In this document: positions 36,751 to 59,686 of the stretch, piece after piece
How positions within the stretch are numbered: position 1 is the first letter of the stretch
Layout of the letters: every line of letters begins with the position of its first letter
Assembly (NCBI RefSeq): GCF_009914755.1
Contig: NC_060936.1
Strand: one strand, 5' to 3'
Source of the DNA: the human T2T-CHM13v2.0 reference genome, Homo sapiens
DNA length: 64,000 nucleotides
Notes under the pieces: generated by a model
What the model saw: only the letters and a program-made list of their open reading frames with translations
Databases searched by the model: none
Told to the model about the DNA's origin: nothing
Position numbers and translations under genes: made by a program

Positions 36751-37859
36751 GGAAAAGTGTTCTTCTATACAAGTGCCAATATATAAGCAACACAGATAAT
36801 TGCTTGCATGAAGTGAAGACAGTTCTTTGAGTTCCTTAACTTTTCTCTAGCAGTGCTCTAAAGCTATAAATGTCCTTCTTTCTCTGTGTAGCTATTAGTG
36901 GGACACTATCACCAGGCTACCACCCCCCTCCCCCCACTCACAGGAAAACAGCTACATGATGACTGAAGTGCTTAGCTGACTCACATCTACGCTTTCAAAA
37001 CCAGAAGCACATGGCAATCTATGGGCACTTTTTTTTTTTTTAATTTCTTTTGAGACAGAGTTTCGCTCTGTCACCCAGGCAATGGCGTGATCTCAGCTCA
37101 CAGCAACCTCCACCTCCCGGATTCCAGTGATTCTCCTGGATTACAGATGCCCACCACCACGCCTGGCTAATTTTTGTATTTTTAGTAGAGACAGGGTTTT
37201 ATCATGTTGGCCAGGCTGGTCTCAAACTCCTGACCTCAACCTCAAGTGATCAATCCAACCACCTCGGCCTCCCAAAGTGTTGGGATTACAGGCTCGAGCC
37301 ACTGTGCCTGACCTATGGATACTTTTCAATACAGTGTTTCATAATTAAAGGTCTACATTCTTTTAACAGGGCTTCTCCCTAACTTTGGTAACCCTCCAGT
37401 GCAGCAGAGCCTAACTCCCTGGAAAAGATTCACCGAGTTCTCTAGGAGGAAAAAGACTACTGAAGCCCCAGGATGCTGTTTATCAAATGGGGTTCTAAAA
37501 TGGGCTAGGAGGTGTGGTGCTTTATGCCTATAATTACCTTGCTTTAGGAGGCTGAGATGGGAGGATGGCTTGAGGTCAGGAGTTTGAGACCAGCCTGGGG
37601 AACATAGCAAGACTTCATCTCTACAAAAAAACTTTAAAAATGAGCCAGGTGTGGTGGTGCCATGCCTGTAGTTCCAGCTACACCGGAGGCTGAGTAGGCA
37701 GGATCCCTGAACCCAGGAGTTTGAGGCTGCAGTGAGCCACTACCCTCCAGCCTGGGGAGCAGAGTCAAACCCTGTTCCCTCTTTATCTGCCACCCCCACC
37801 CCCCCAAAAAAAGAAAGAAAAAATAACATAGACTAGGCAAATACCCCCGAAAGTGAATG

Positions 37860-39480
<1,621 letters not shown>

Positions 39481-39928
39481 TATTCAAAAACTAGACTCCA
39501 TGTAGATTTATTTATTTTCTTTATTTATTTTTTGGAGACAGGGTCTTTCTCTGTTGCAAAAAGGAGCTGGCTGGAGTGCAGTGTCACGATCTCAGCTCAC
39601 TGCAGCCTCGACCTGCTGGGCCCAAGTGATCCTCCTGCCTCAGCCTCCTGAGTAGCGGAGACTATAAGCACATGCCACCATGTCCAGCTAATGTTTGTAT
39701 CATTTGTAGTGACAAGGCTTCACCATGTTGCCCAGGGTGGTCTCGAACTCCTGGGCTCAACTGATCCACCCTGGCCTCCCAACGTGCTAGGATTACAGGC
39801 GTGAGCGAACCCCAGGTAAATTTTAAAATCCAGCTTAATTCCAATTACATGTAAGTGGCTGCTTTAAGCTAATGGAAAATAAGCAAGTTTATAATTTTTA
39901 AAAAATGAAATTCAAAATTAAGAGATAA

Positions 39929-40587
<659 letters not shown>

Positions 40588-41613
40588 TAAATTTAGACTT
40601 TCCAAACATACTCGAAGTAGATGTGAGGAGCTTAATCAAATCATCACAGAAACATTCGTCTCTGTAGTGGTAGAAATAGGTACTTGATAAATCAAACTGT
40701 CAGTTTCTTCTGTTACCTCATTTATAATTCATAACAATATTTAAAATTTGCTATTGTCATCCTCATTTACACCAAGAAATCTCTAAGTAATTTGCTCAAG
40801 GACCCACAGTTTGGGGCAGAACTAGTTGTCCATACTATACTATAGTATACTACATTGTTGTAGATTAAGAGAAATATATCCAATGTATGTTAAGAAGAAA
40901 GAATCCGGGGCCGGGCGCGGTGGCTCACGCCTGTAATCCCACCACTTTGGGAGTTCGAGGTGGGCGGATCACGAGGTCAAGAGTCCGAGATCAGCCTGGC
41001 CAATATGGTGAAACGCCTTCTCTACTAAAAATACAAAAATTAGCCGGGTGTGGTGGTGCGCGCTTGTAGTCCCAGCTACTCAGGAGGCTGAGGCAGGAGA
41101 ATCGCTTGAACCCGGGAGGCGGAGGTTGCAGTGAGCCGACGTCGCACCGCCACTGCACTGCAGACTGGACGACAAAGCGAGACTCCGCCTCAAAAAAAAG
41201 AAAAGAAAAAAGAATCCGGGATAGCCACTCTTTCTCCATCCACGTCTATCCTACCCTTTTACGCCTAGAAATGGAGCCTGTTCTTGCCCCTTCTTAGGCA
41301 GCTTGTCATAAACAGGAAGCATGTGTCCTGGGTGCAAGACATCTGGAGACTGACGATAAGTGGCTGTTCAAGGGTTGTAGGAAAAGGGAGACATTCTCCC
41401 CCGCGAGTTTAGTAAAGATTCTATTCTTAGGCTCTAGAGAGAAGGTGAAAGGAAGTTGAGGATGCCAGGCAGGGAGGCTGGATAAGGGAAGGAAAGCTCT
41501 TGCTACTTATCAGTGTTCTGTCTGCAAAGAAGAAACGTCAAAGGGAAAAAAGGGGGAGTCTCCTTCAGTAATAATGGCTTTGCAGAGCTGATTACCTTTC
41601 AGTTCAGTTAAAC

Positions 41614-41955
41614 CAGGGGTCTGAAACTATGGCACTGGGTCCAAATCAAGCCCAACACCTGTCTATCACCACACATAAACTAAGAATGATTTTTGCATTT
41701 TTAAATGATTGAGGGTGGGGGGGAATCAAAATAATTATTTTGTGGCTTGTGAAAATGATATAAAATTCAAATTTCAGTGTCCACAAGTAAAGCTTTATTG
41801 AAATACATTCACGTTCATTCATTTATATATTGTCAAGGGCTGCTTTTGCACTACATATGGTCAGAGTGGGTAGTTATGACAGATTGAATGGCCCACAAGG
41901 CCTAAACTATTTGCTATCTGATCCCTTACAGTAAGTAAAGTTAGCCAACTTGTGA
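41614..41955. mobile_element. MER58B-type hAT fossil
   Basis: caggggtctgaaacta ... aaattcaaatttcagtgtccacaagtaaagctttattg ... tggcccacaaggcctaaa. Confidence 0.75.
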
Positions 41956-43007
41956 TTTAGACAGTAGAGGAATCAAATGAAATAGCATCAAAAAGTTGTA
42001 GGATCATTGGGCCATTCTAACCCTAAGTCAGAGGAAGAAATGGAATGGGAAGTAGAGGGTGAACAGAAAGAACACAATACATCTGAGTGGGACGCACACA
42101 TGTTGAGTAGTAAAAATCTCTGAGGACTTCTTGTTAGGGGATGCCAAAAAGTGGGCCTACCAAGAAGATATAAAAAGGCTGAGATTAGGGCGGGGTGCGG
42201 TGGCTCACACTTGTAATCCCAGCACTTGGAGAGGCTGAGGCGGGTGGATAACCTGAGATCAGGAGTTCGAGACCAGCCTGGCCAACATGGGGAAACCCCA
42301 TCTCTACTAAAAATACAAAATTAGCCATGCATGATGGTGCGTGCCTATAATCCCAGCTATTCGGGAGGCTGAGGAAGGAGAATCACTTAGAACGCGGGAG
42401 GCAGAGGTTGCAGTGAGCCAAGATCATGCCATTGCACTCCAGCCTGGGCGACAGCTCGATACTCTGTCTCGGAAAAAAAAAAAAAAAAAAAGCTGAGATT
42501 AGGAAATAGAAATTTTTTCTCCAAATTTCTCTCATTCCATGATATAGGGAATGGGAGATAAACTTAGCAATGTTGAGAATGTCCTCTACTTAAGGGCACT
42601 AGTTCAATAAACTGTTCCCCAGGTTCACTGTGGGCTGATAAATTCACCTGGTTATTTTACTTATCTAGAAACATAGTACAGATATTAAAATACCTAAATC
42701 CCCAGTGGCCGCTTTGAACATAGTGCTACCCTCCATATTACTAGAAAGAGGAAAATTCAAGACTGGATTAGAGAAATGGCTAATGAAAGATGGGCTGACA
42801 GCTAATCTTAAATTCAACTCTCCCTTTTTTCCATAGCTTCATGGTCATTTTCTGTGATCCAAAAAGGTGGTGAAAAGACTGCATTTGGCCAGGCGTGAGG
42901 GCTAATGCCTGTAACCCCAGCACTTTGAGAGGATGAGGCGGGCGGATCACTTGAGGTCAGGACTTCGAGACCAGCCTGGCCAACATGGTGAAATCCCGTC
43001 TCTATTA

Positions 43008-43534
<527 letters not shown>

Positions 43535-43976
43535 CTATACTGACTGTTATCATGGATAGATCCTGAGTCATATTTCTAAATACATTATGGGAGCCTGTAA
43601 TAAAAAAGTCACATCCTACATGACGCTTTAAAGTCCTGTGTAGTTTTATAATATGATTGTTTTAGTTCATTTATTCACAAATTCAGATTTTAGTGTGGCA
43701 CAATAGGTGTGTTTAAAGCAGAACGTGCTTGAACTTTGTAATGATTGTCCTTCTACAAGATGCTGGACGCTGTTCTAAAGACACATATGTCATATGGTAA
43801 ACATGTCTAAACAAAGTCCTACAAAGTTTATTTATTTATTTTTAAAATAAATATGTCTTTTGTTTTGTTTTTTTGAGATAGGGTCTCACTTTGTCACCCA
43901 GGCTGGAGTGCAGTGGTGCAGTCACAGCTCATGCAGCCTCACCTCCTGGCCTCAGGTGATCCTCCTGCCTCAGCTC

Positions 43977-45602
<1,626 letters not shown>

Positions 45603-45796
45603 GCCTCACAAGTAGCTGGGACCACAAGCCTATGCCACTTATGCTGCACTAATAATTTTTAACATTATTTGTAGAGATGAGGTCTTGATACATCGTCCAG
45701 GCTGGACTCGAGTTCTTGAGCTCAAGTGATCCTTCCATCTCAGCCTCCCAAAGTGCTGAGATTAGAGGCTTGAGCCACCAGGCCCAGCCTATTTAA

Positions 45797-46090
<294 letters not shown>

Positions 46091-46718
46091 TGAAATTATA
46101 GGCGTGAGCCACTGCGCCCGGACTAATGTTTTAGTTTTTTAAAGATAGAGATTGGCGTCTCACTATATTGCCCAAGCTAGTCTCAAACTTGTAGGCTCAA
46201 GCAATCCTCCCACCTGGGCAAAGATTACAGGTGGGAACCACTGTTCCTGGCTGAAAGTTTATGTTAAGTGTCATGAAGGGGCACTACCAAGTGCATAAAA
46301 AATAAAATACAGGCTGGGAGCGGTGGTCCACACCTGTAATCCTACCGCTTTGGAAGGCTGAGGCAGGAGGATAGCTTGAGTCCATGAGTTCAAAACCAGC
46401 CAATCCTATCTCAAAACAAGCAAACAAAGCTGGGCATGGTGATGTGTGTCTGTAATTCTAGCTACTCTGAAGGCAGAGGCAGGAAGGATCCCTTGAGCCT
46501 AGATGTTAGAGGCCAGCCTGAGCAACCTAGCGCAACACTGATTCTACAAAAAATAAAATACAGGCTGGCCGCGGTGGCTCACGCCTGTAATCTCAGCACT
46601 TTCGGAGGCCAAGGCGGGCCGATCACCTGAGGTCGGGAATTCCAAAACAGCCTGACCAACATGGAGAAACCCCATCTCTACTAAAAACACAAAATTAGCC
46701 GCCAGGCACCGTGGCTCA

Positions 46719-47106
<388 letters not shown>

Positions 47107-47417
47107 CTAGATCGCGCCACTGCACTCCAGCCTGGGCAATAAGAGCGAAACTCCGTCTCTAAAAAATAAAAATAAAATAAAATAAAATACAAATTTAGTC
47201 CCAAGACAGTTGTGCCCATAGTCCCAACTATTGTCCCAGGTATTCAGGAAGCTGGGACAATAGCTGGTATTCAGGAAGGTGGGAGGGTTGTTTCAACCCA
47301 GGAGTCTGAGGCTGCAGTGAAGCCGTGATCGCTCTGCTACACTCCAGTCTGGGCAACAGGGTGAGACCCTGTGTCAAAAGAAAAAAAACTACATAATACA
47401 TAAATACAACGCCATGA

Positions 47418-47661
<244 letters not shown>

Positions 47662-48284
47662 TGAACTCGTAATCTCAAGTGATCCGCCTGCCTTGGCCTC
47701 CCAAACTGCTGGGATTACAGGTGTGAGCCACCATGCCCAGCCAAATCACCTGTTTTTAAACCATAGAAAAAGGGGAAGATAAATGTCAAAGGAGGACTGT
47801 ATTTACAACTCAACAGTAAGGAAAATAAAGTCCTTGATTTAGATTCCCCCCCTTTCCAGTTTTCCACTTCTTTCTCCTCTCAAGCACCTTTTCTGCCTGG
47901 CAAGAAGCATGCAAAACAAACTACCCATTTGCTTTTCTTCTTCTTCTTCTTTTTTTTTTTTTTTTTTTTTTTTTTGGAGACATAGCCTCACTCTGTCACC
48001 TAACCTGAAATGCAGTGGCTCGGTTAACTGCAACCTCCACCTCCCACCTCCCAGGTTCAAGCTATTCTCCTGACTCAGCTTCCCCAGTAGCTGGGATTAC
48101 AGGCGTGCGCCACCATGCTCGGCTAATTTTTGTATTTTTTAGTAGAGATGGGGTTTCGCCATTTGGACAGGCTGGTCTCGAACTCCTGACCTCAGGTGAT
48201 CCACTAACCTCAGCCTCCCAAAGTGCTGGGATTACAGGCATGAGCCACCGCGCCCGAACTACAATTCTTGGACGTCTCCATTAA

Positions 48285-49700
<1,416 letters not shown>

Positions 49701-49829
49701 AAACAACCGGGAAACTAGAGCAACTCAATGTAAAAGGGAAGGCGCATACAATAAGACACATACTTTTGTTTCCCCTTCACCTATAGTATTTCTGCTAATC
49801 CTTCCCCTTCCCCTTTAAAAACAATTAAA

Positions 49830-49968
49830 AAAATTTTTTTGTGAGTATGTAGTAGGTGTATATATTTATGGGGTCCATGATGTTTTAATGCAAGCATGCA
49901 ATGTAAAATAATCACCTCATGGAGAATGGGGTATCCATCTCCTCAAGCATTTATGCTTTGAGTTACCC
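49830..49968 (-). mobile_element. L1MA 3' end fragment
   Basis: gtaggtgtatatatttatggggt...gcatgcaatgtaaaataatcac...gaatggggtatccatctcctcaagcatttat. Confidence 0.7.
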
Positions 49969-51301
49969 CCTCATCTTTTTAGACCCTCAGACAACTTAGT
50001 CAGCTGACCAATCCTTCCTGAGAAATAAATGTTCTTTTTCACCCTTTTTTTATGTCTTCCTGAGGAAGGCTGACGGTGAATGAAGCGCATTAGACTGAGA
50101 ATAGCTGCTGAGTAGAAAGCCGGTGGGAAAACAGAGAATTTCCTGGAGGCATGGGAGGGGCACGCTGTAATGAGTGGGAATGTCACAGGCGCTGTTTCAA
50201 AAAGAGTGGATGAAAGCCTGAGAATGCGGCTGTAAAGGCTACTGGAAGGCTCCTCGGGCAGGGGACAGGATGTGAGCCCCTGGAATAGACTCATAAAAGA
50301 AAATGTTAGCACATACCATTGAATTCACTGAGACACATGAGAAAATATGGGAAAGTCGGAGAGTGGAAGAAAATGTAAAGACCCCCCTCCTCCCCAAAGA
50401 GTACGTTGTGTAGTGGGGTAGAGTGGAAAATCAATCCAAGAAAAGTAGCAAACGGACCCAAAGATGAAGAGGAAGAAAAGAAACAGCAACACGAAACGAA
50501 AAAAAAAGCCACCAGATTTGTTGCAACGTTGATGTAAACCTGGCCGTCTTCCTGAACCAGTGACCCAGGGTTTCCGCTTCCCTTTGCTGTCATCTTGCTC
50601 AAGTCTAGAAGCTGAAATATCATCATCAACTCGACATGAGGGGATAACCTCTGGATCCACTCATCAGATGCTCATCAGACGTTCCAATTACAAAACTGAA
50701 CCTCTTCTTAGTGCTGGGGCGGTTAGAATGCAAACATTTCAAGAAAAAAAAAACATTGTTTTCTAGTGGTGATAGAATTGAGGGTGAGTTCTTCCTTCCT
50801 TTATTTTTGTCTTTTATTTTTTTCTACTTTACTGAAGGGCACATGCAATAAAGCAGATAAAAATGCACTAATCTGGAGTTTACAGTTGGGTGAATATTTA
50901 TATCTGTATTCACAGGCATAAACATTAACCGGATCAAGATCTAGATTTTTTTTTTGCACCACCATGCCCAGCTAATTTTTTTTTTTTTTTTTGAGATGGG
51001 AGTCTTGCACTGTCGCCCAGGCTGGAGTGCATGGCGCCATTGGCTCACCATAACCTCCAACTCCCGAGTTAAAGTGATTGTCCTGCCTCAGCCTCCTGCG
51101 TAGCTGGGATTACAGGCACGCGCCACCAGGCCCGGCTAATTTTGTATTTTTTAGCAGAGATGGGGTTTCTCCATGTTAGTCAGGCTGGTCTGGAACTCCT
51201 AACCTCAGGTGATCCACCCCCCCGCCCCCCGCTCCTTGGCCTCCAAAGTGCTGGGATTACAGACATGAGCCACCGAGCCTGGCAAAATCTAGATTCTTTA
51301 A

Positions 51302-51574
<273 letters not shown>

Positions 51575-51851
51575 TGAATTTTGTTGTTCGTGACCTTTAA
51601 ATGGAACCATACAGTATGTACTCTTTTGTGCTCAGATGTTTTTTTCACTGAGCATAGTGTCTATGAGTACTATGTGGTGGTGTTGGTAGTTCATTCCTTC
51701 TTACTGCTGAGTAGTATTCCACCTTTGGCTATGCCAACATTTATTTATCTATTCTCCCACTGATGTACGCGTCATTGTTTCCAGTTTTGAGCTATTATAA
51801 ACATTCCTGTCATTTGCTCAATGTATGAATTCTTTTCTCTTGGGTGTATAA

Positions 51852-52202
<351 letters not shown>

Positions 52203-52458
52203 TAGTAAATTCTAAACAGAAACAAGTGGGCTACATCTTTGTCTTAATATGCGTATGGTATTTTAATAAAAATCTTTTAAATACATTATTTAAGTTGATC
52301 TTCAAACTTTAGTGTGAAGTAAAGTAGATAATGTTATCGCCATTTTACAGGTATAAAAGCTGAAAGATAATTTAAATGGCCAATTTAAGGTCATAATATC
52401 TCGTTGTTTTTTTTTTGAGACGGAGTCTCGCTCTGTCATCCAGGCTGGAGTGCAGTGA

Positions 52459-52578
<120 letters not shown>

Positions 52579-52924
52579 TAGTAGAGACGGGGTTTTAATG
52601 TATTAGTCAGTATGGTCTCGATCTCCTGACCTCGTGATCCGCCTGCGTCAGCCTCCCAAAGTGCTGGGATTACAGGCGTGAGCCACCGTGCCCGGCCAAG
52701 GTCATAATATTAATAAGTTGTGAATTAGGATTAGAAACTGCATTTCCTAATTCCTAGCCAAGTTCATTTATGCTTACATATTCCTTTGATTTCACTGGCC
52801 TCGTGAGTGAAGAGGTCACCCAGTCATCCCCTTTGCCCAGGACTATCTCAGTTTTAGCACTGAAAGGCTCTGGGCAAACCTGGAAGGTTGGTCATTTTAC
52901 AAAACAAAGAAAGGGGTCAGATAG

Positions 52925-53315
<391 letters not shown>

Positions 53316-53396
53316 TAATCAATGAACAATAAAATATCCACACATTTATGCACTATGTTTATCAACTGTATTGCTTGACTTGGAGATCATCTAGAC

Positions 53397-53470
53397 TAGT
53401 GCTACTGAAATTGTGGTCCATGGACCAGCAGCATCAGCATCTCCTAGGATCCTGTTAGAAATGCAAACTC
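53397..53470. mobile_element. MER5A fragment
   Basis: gtggtccatggaccagcagcatcagcatc...tgttagaaatgcaaa. Confidence 0.7.
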
Positions 53471-53643
53471 ACCAGGCGCGGTGGCTCATGCCTGTAATCC
53501 CAGCACTTTGGGAAGCCGAGGCGGGCGGATCAGGAGGTCAGAAGTTCAAGACCAGCTTGGCCAACATGGTGAAACCCTATCTCTACTAAAAATACAAAAA
53601 TTAGCTGGGCGTGGTAGCGCGCACCTGTGATCCCAGCTACTCA

Positions 53644-54032
<389 letters not shown>

Positions 54033-54153
54033 CTAGCCACTGCACTCCAGCCTGGGTGACAGCGCAAGATTCCGTCTCAAAAAAAAATTTTTTTTCCATT
54101 GCTTCAACTCACTCAGTAACCTTTCCCTACATGGAACAAATCCCATTGTTGGT

Positions 54154-54187
<34 letters not shown>

Positions 54188-54420
54188 TCATCCTTATGAA
54201 ATCGCTTATCTAACATTGTGATCCTTAATGAGAGTGCATAATATCATTTCAAGTTGGTTTTTTTCTTTATTGTCTTTTCCTAAGGCCATTCCAAGTGTAT
54301 TTCATGTACCACTCGAAGTATGGTGTCCAGAACTAATCTTAGTGAAAAAACTATAGTACATCAAAAGACCTTGTGGTTACAATGTGAATATTCATAAGTT
54401 TTAAAAGAAAATATACGTGT

Positions 54421-54520
54421 GGCTGGTCTGAGTACAGTGGCATTTACAACTAACTGATCACAACCAGTTATGAATTTCTTCATTACTTTTCCACTCACAC
54501 TGCTTCACTTGACCAGCTTT
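54421..54520 (+). pseudogene. Y3 RNA (RNY3) processed pseudogene
   Basis: GGCTGGTCTGAGTACAGTGGCATTTACAACTAACTGATCACAACCAGTTA...CTGCTTCACTTGACCAGCTTT aligns full length to hY3. It has an A-rich tail and an imperfect TSD (aaaagaaaatatacgtgt 54403-54420 / aaaagaactatacatgt 54530-54546). Confidence 0.92.
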
Positions 54521-54539
54521 AAAAAGAAAAAAAGAACTA

Positions 54540-54938
<399 letters not shown>

Positions 54939-56633
54939 TTAATTTACAACAGAAAGGATTTGCTGAATGAGTTTTGCCAGCAGGGACTGGATTTGGGCTC
55001 CCAATTTGTGTTTTCTTAGGGTTTAGTGTAACTTGGCTGGTATCAGTCTTCATAGTTTCTCTGTACTCTGTTCTAGGACTCAATCCAAAAGGTCACCTTC
55101 CAACTCCAATCTGGCTTCTCTTAGCCCATCTATTCTAGCTCTCTCTTTTCCTTCCCCTCATTCTTCCCCAGAGAGAGGTTGCTATGGGAATGGCATCGTC
55201 ATAGAAAGCCAGCTGGTAGAGAGAAGCAGTGACAGAAGCAGAAACAAAAGGGTGCAGAAAGAAAAATAAAAGACGAAGGTAAAAACAATAGGCACAGACA
55301 TAGGTGAGAATTGAGACGGTCAAGGCCAGGCGCGGTGGCTCATGCCTGTAATCCCAGCACTTTGGGAGGCCAAGGCGGGTGGATCACGAGGTCAGGAGAT
55401 CAAGACCATCCTGGCTAACACAGTGAAACCCCGTCTCTACTAAAAAAAAAAAATACAAAACATTAGCCAGGCGTGGTGGTGGGCACCTGTAGTCCCAGCT
55501 ACTTGGGAGGCTGAGGCAGGAGAATGGCATGAACCCAGGAGGCAGAGCTTGCCACCATGCACAGCCGAGATCGTGCCACTGCACTCCAGCCTGGGCGTTA
55601 GAGCGAGACTCCGTCTCAAAAAAAAAAAAAAAGAGAATTGAGACAGTCAAAAGAGGAACTACACAGGTGATAAAATGCCATCAACACATTTACTTCTAGA
55701 AATGGATGGAGGCATTGCCCACAGTTAGAGGAACACAGCAGAGGAACCAAGGCAACAGACACGAGCAAACCCAGGGACCTGAAATAGATGTAGAGACACA
55801 GGAGGAGAGAGACACGGTCAGATGACAAACCCAATTTGCAGGATTCTGCAGAAAGCAGCTGCAGACAGAATCTAGCTAAGCATAGAGACTGTTTCAAGGC
55901 AGCGTTTATTTATCCTCATCTGCCTCCCTGAGTCATTTCTATTTCCAAGGAATGAACCAGTGGGAGGTTATAAAGGGGTTACCTTCACTTCCTTATTGTT
56001 TTCCACTTTGTTTTCTTGCCTGTCATCTTCTGACGTGCACAGAAAGGAACCTCCCTAGGACAACCAAAAGCCAAGAATATGTCCCTTAGACACAACTCTT
56101 TTTTTTTTTTTTAAGACAGTGTCTCGCTCTGTCACCCAGGTTGGAGTGCAGTGGCCCGATCTCGGCTCACTGCAAGCTCTGCCTCCCAGGTTCACGCCAT
56201 TCTCCTTAATCAGCCTCCCAAGCAGCTGGGACCACAGGTGCCCACCACCACGCCCAGCTAATTTTTTGTATTTTTAATAGAGACAAGGCTTCATCGTGTT
56301 AGCCAGGATGGTCTCGATCTCCTGACCTCGTGATCCTCCTGCCTCGGCCTCCCAAAGTGCTGGGATTACAGGCGTGAGCCACCGTGCCTGGCCTAGACAC
56401 AACTCTTATATCTTGACTGTTCTTCAATATTTGTATTTTTGTCTTTTTTTTTTTTTACAACTCCCTTTCTTGTTCTTTTTCTTTTTCCATTTGCCCCAGG
56501 TAGCTACCAACTTAATGCTCCTTATGTCTATCCCGTTCCTTTTTCCAGTCTCTATTACCTAGTCGTCCTTGTCCCCACCCCTCCTAGCCAAAATTTTTGC
56601 TTCTTCCAATTCCATTCTTTAACCGAGTTCTTA

Positions 56634-57158
<525 letters not shown>

Positions 57159-57696
57159 TGACTAGTTTTTGTATTTTTAGTAGAGATGGGGTTTCACTGT
57201 GTTAGCCAGGATGCTCTGGATCTCCTGATCTCGTGATCCACCCGCCTCAGCCTCCCAAAGTGCTGGGATCACAGGGGTGAGCCACTATGCCCGGCTGAAA
57301 TAACAGCTTTCTAAATCCAGAAAGATTTGAATGAGATTTTTTTTAAAGGTGATGTTGAAAAAAATTAAAATGTATATGCATCTATATTGAGAAAGCCTTC
57401 AAAATGCACAACGCTGTGCTGTACTAGGCAGGAAACTCAAAGTCCCTACCCTCAAGTTATAATCTGGTGCTGGAAGGGACAAGATAAGAAAATGCTAAAA
57501 AAAAAAAAAAAAAAAAGCCAAGAATCATGAGATTTTATTCATGTGGAAACACCCAGAAAGGCTTCTTGAAGCGGGTATTTGGAATAGATCTTGAAACATG
57601 GGTAGACTCAGAGATAAGAGATGAAGATTAGAGGGTTGGGCACAGTGGCTCACGCCTGTAATCCCAGCACTTTGGGAGGCTGAAGTGGGTGGATCA

Positions 57697-58337
<641 letters not shown>

Positions 58338-59388
58338 TTAGTCCAGTTTAGCTGAGGAGTAAGGCACTTACAGAAGTCTAGTAAAAGATAACGCTGGAAA
58401 AGCAAGTTCGGGGATGCTGCAGCAGTCTTCGAATACCACTGGTGCTAGCTCAAGTGTAAGCCCTCAGGTGAGGGATGAACTAAATTATTTATTATTTATT
58501 TTGTATTATTATTTTATTTATTTATTTATTTTGAGACAGAGTCTCACTCTGTCGCCCAGGCTGGAGTGCAGTGATGTGATCTCAGTTCACTGCAACTTCC
58601 GCCTCCTGGGTTCAAGTGATTCTCCTGCCTCAGTCTCCTGAGTAGCTGGGATTACAGGCACCCGCCACCATGCACAGCTAATTTTTGTATTATTAGTAGA
58701 GATGGGGTTTCACCATGTTGGCCATGGCTGATCTCGAACTCCTGACCTCGTTATCAGCCTGCCTTGGCCTCCCAAAGTGCTGGGATTACAGGCGTGATCC
58801 ACCACTCCCGGCCTTAGTTTTTGTATGAAACGGGGTTTCACCATGTTGGTCAGGCTGATCTCGAACTCCTGACATCAGGTGATCATCCACCTCAGCCTCC
58901 CAAGTGCTGGGATACAGGTATGAGCCACCGCACCAAGCATTCTGTGCTTTTTTAAATCTCGTCTTTCTATTGCTTTCCTCGACCCCAACCCTGAATCCCA
59001 ACTTGATTGCTTCAGAGGCTTTCTTGATAGAAATGCATTTGGTACAACGGCGGAAAGCGTTTTCTGCAAGCAGTCTTCTCTCACCTCTGTTTTTAGAACA
59101 AAGACAAGGTTGGAAGTTAGAAAACCTGGGTATCAGCAAAGACTATGGTACAGACTGTGCTACAGACTTCGCAAAAACTTAAGTCATTAAACCTGTGTCT
59201 CAGTTCTCTAATTCCAGAAGGTGGACTTATGGCTGAAGAAGAAGAATGCTAGCTATTTTATTCTGTGCAATCTCAAGAGTTCTACAAAGGTACTGCCCAA
59301 ACAAATACTTCCTGATCCATGCATGTGAAGTAGTCATTACCCGAGAAGAAAGGTGAAAAATTATGTAACTGTTCTTTTTTTTTTTTGA

Positions 59389-59686
<298 letters not shown>

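Noticed and set aside
40821-40833. ATG GAC AAC TAG resembling the GLUT14 short-isoform start (MDNRQN)
   Set aside because: A 9-nt match inside a MIR-like fragment with no donor site following it.
50311-50340. EFNG|gtatgt resembling the GLUT14 long-isoform start (MEFHNG)
   Set aside because: Only a gapped 4-residue match with no matching ATG, so it is most likely chance.
54421-54520. Functional Y RNA gene
   Set aside because: Many substitutions, an A-tail, a TSD and no evident upstream type-3 Pol III promoter indicate a retropseudogene.
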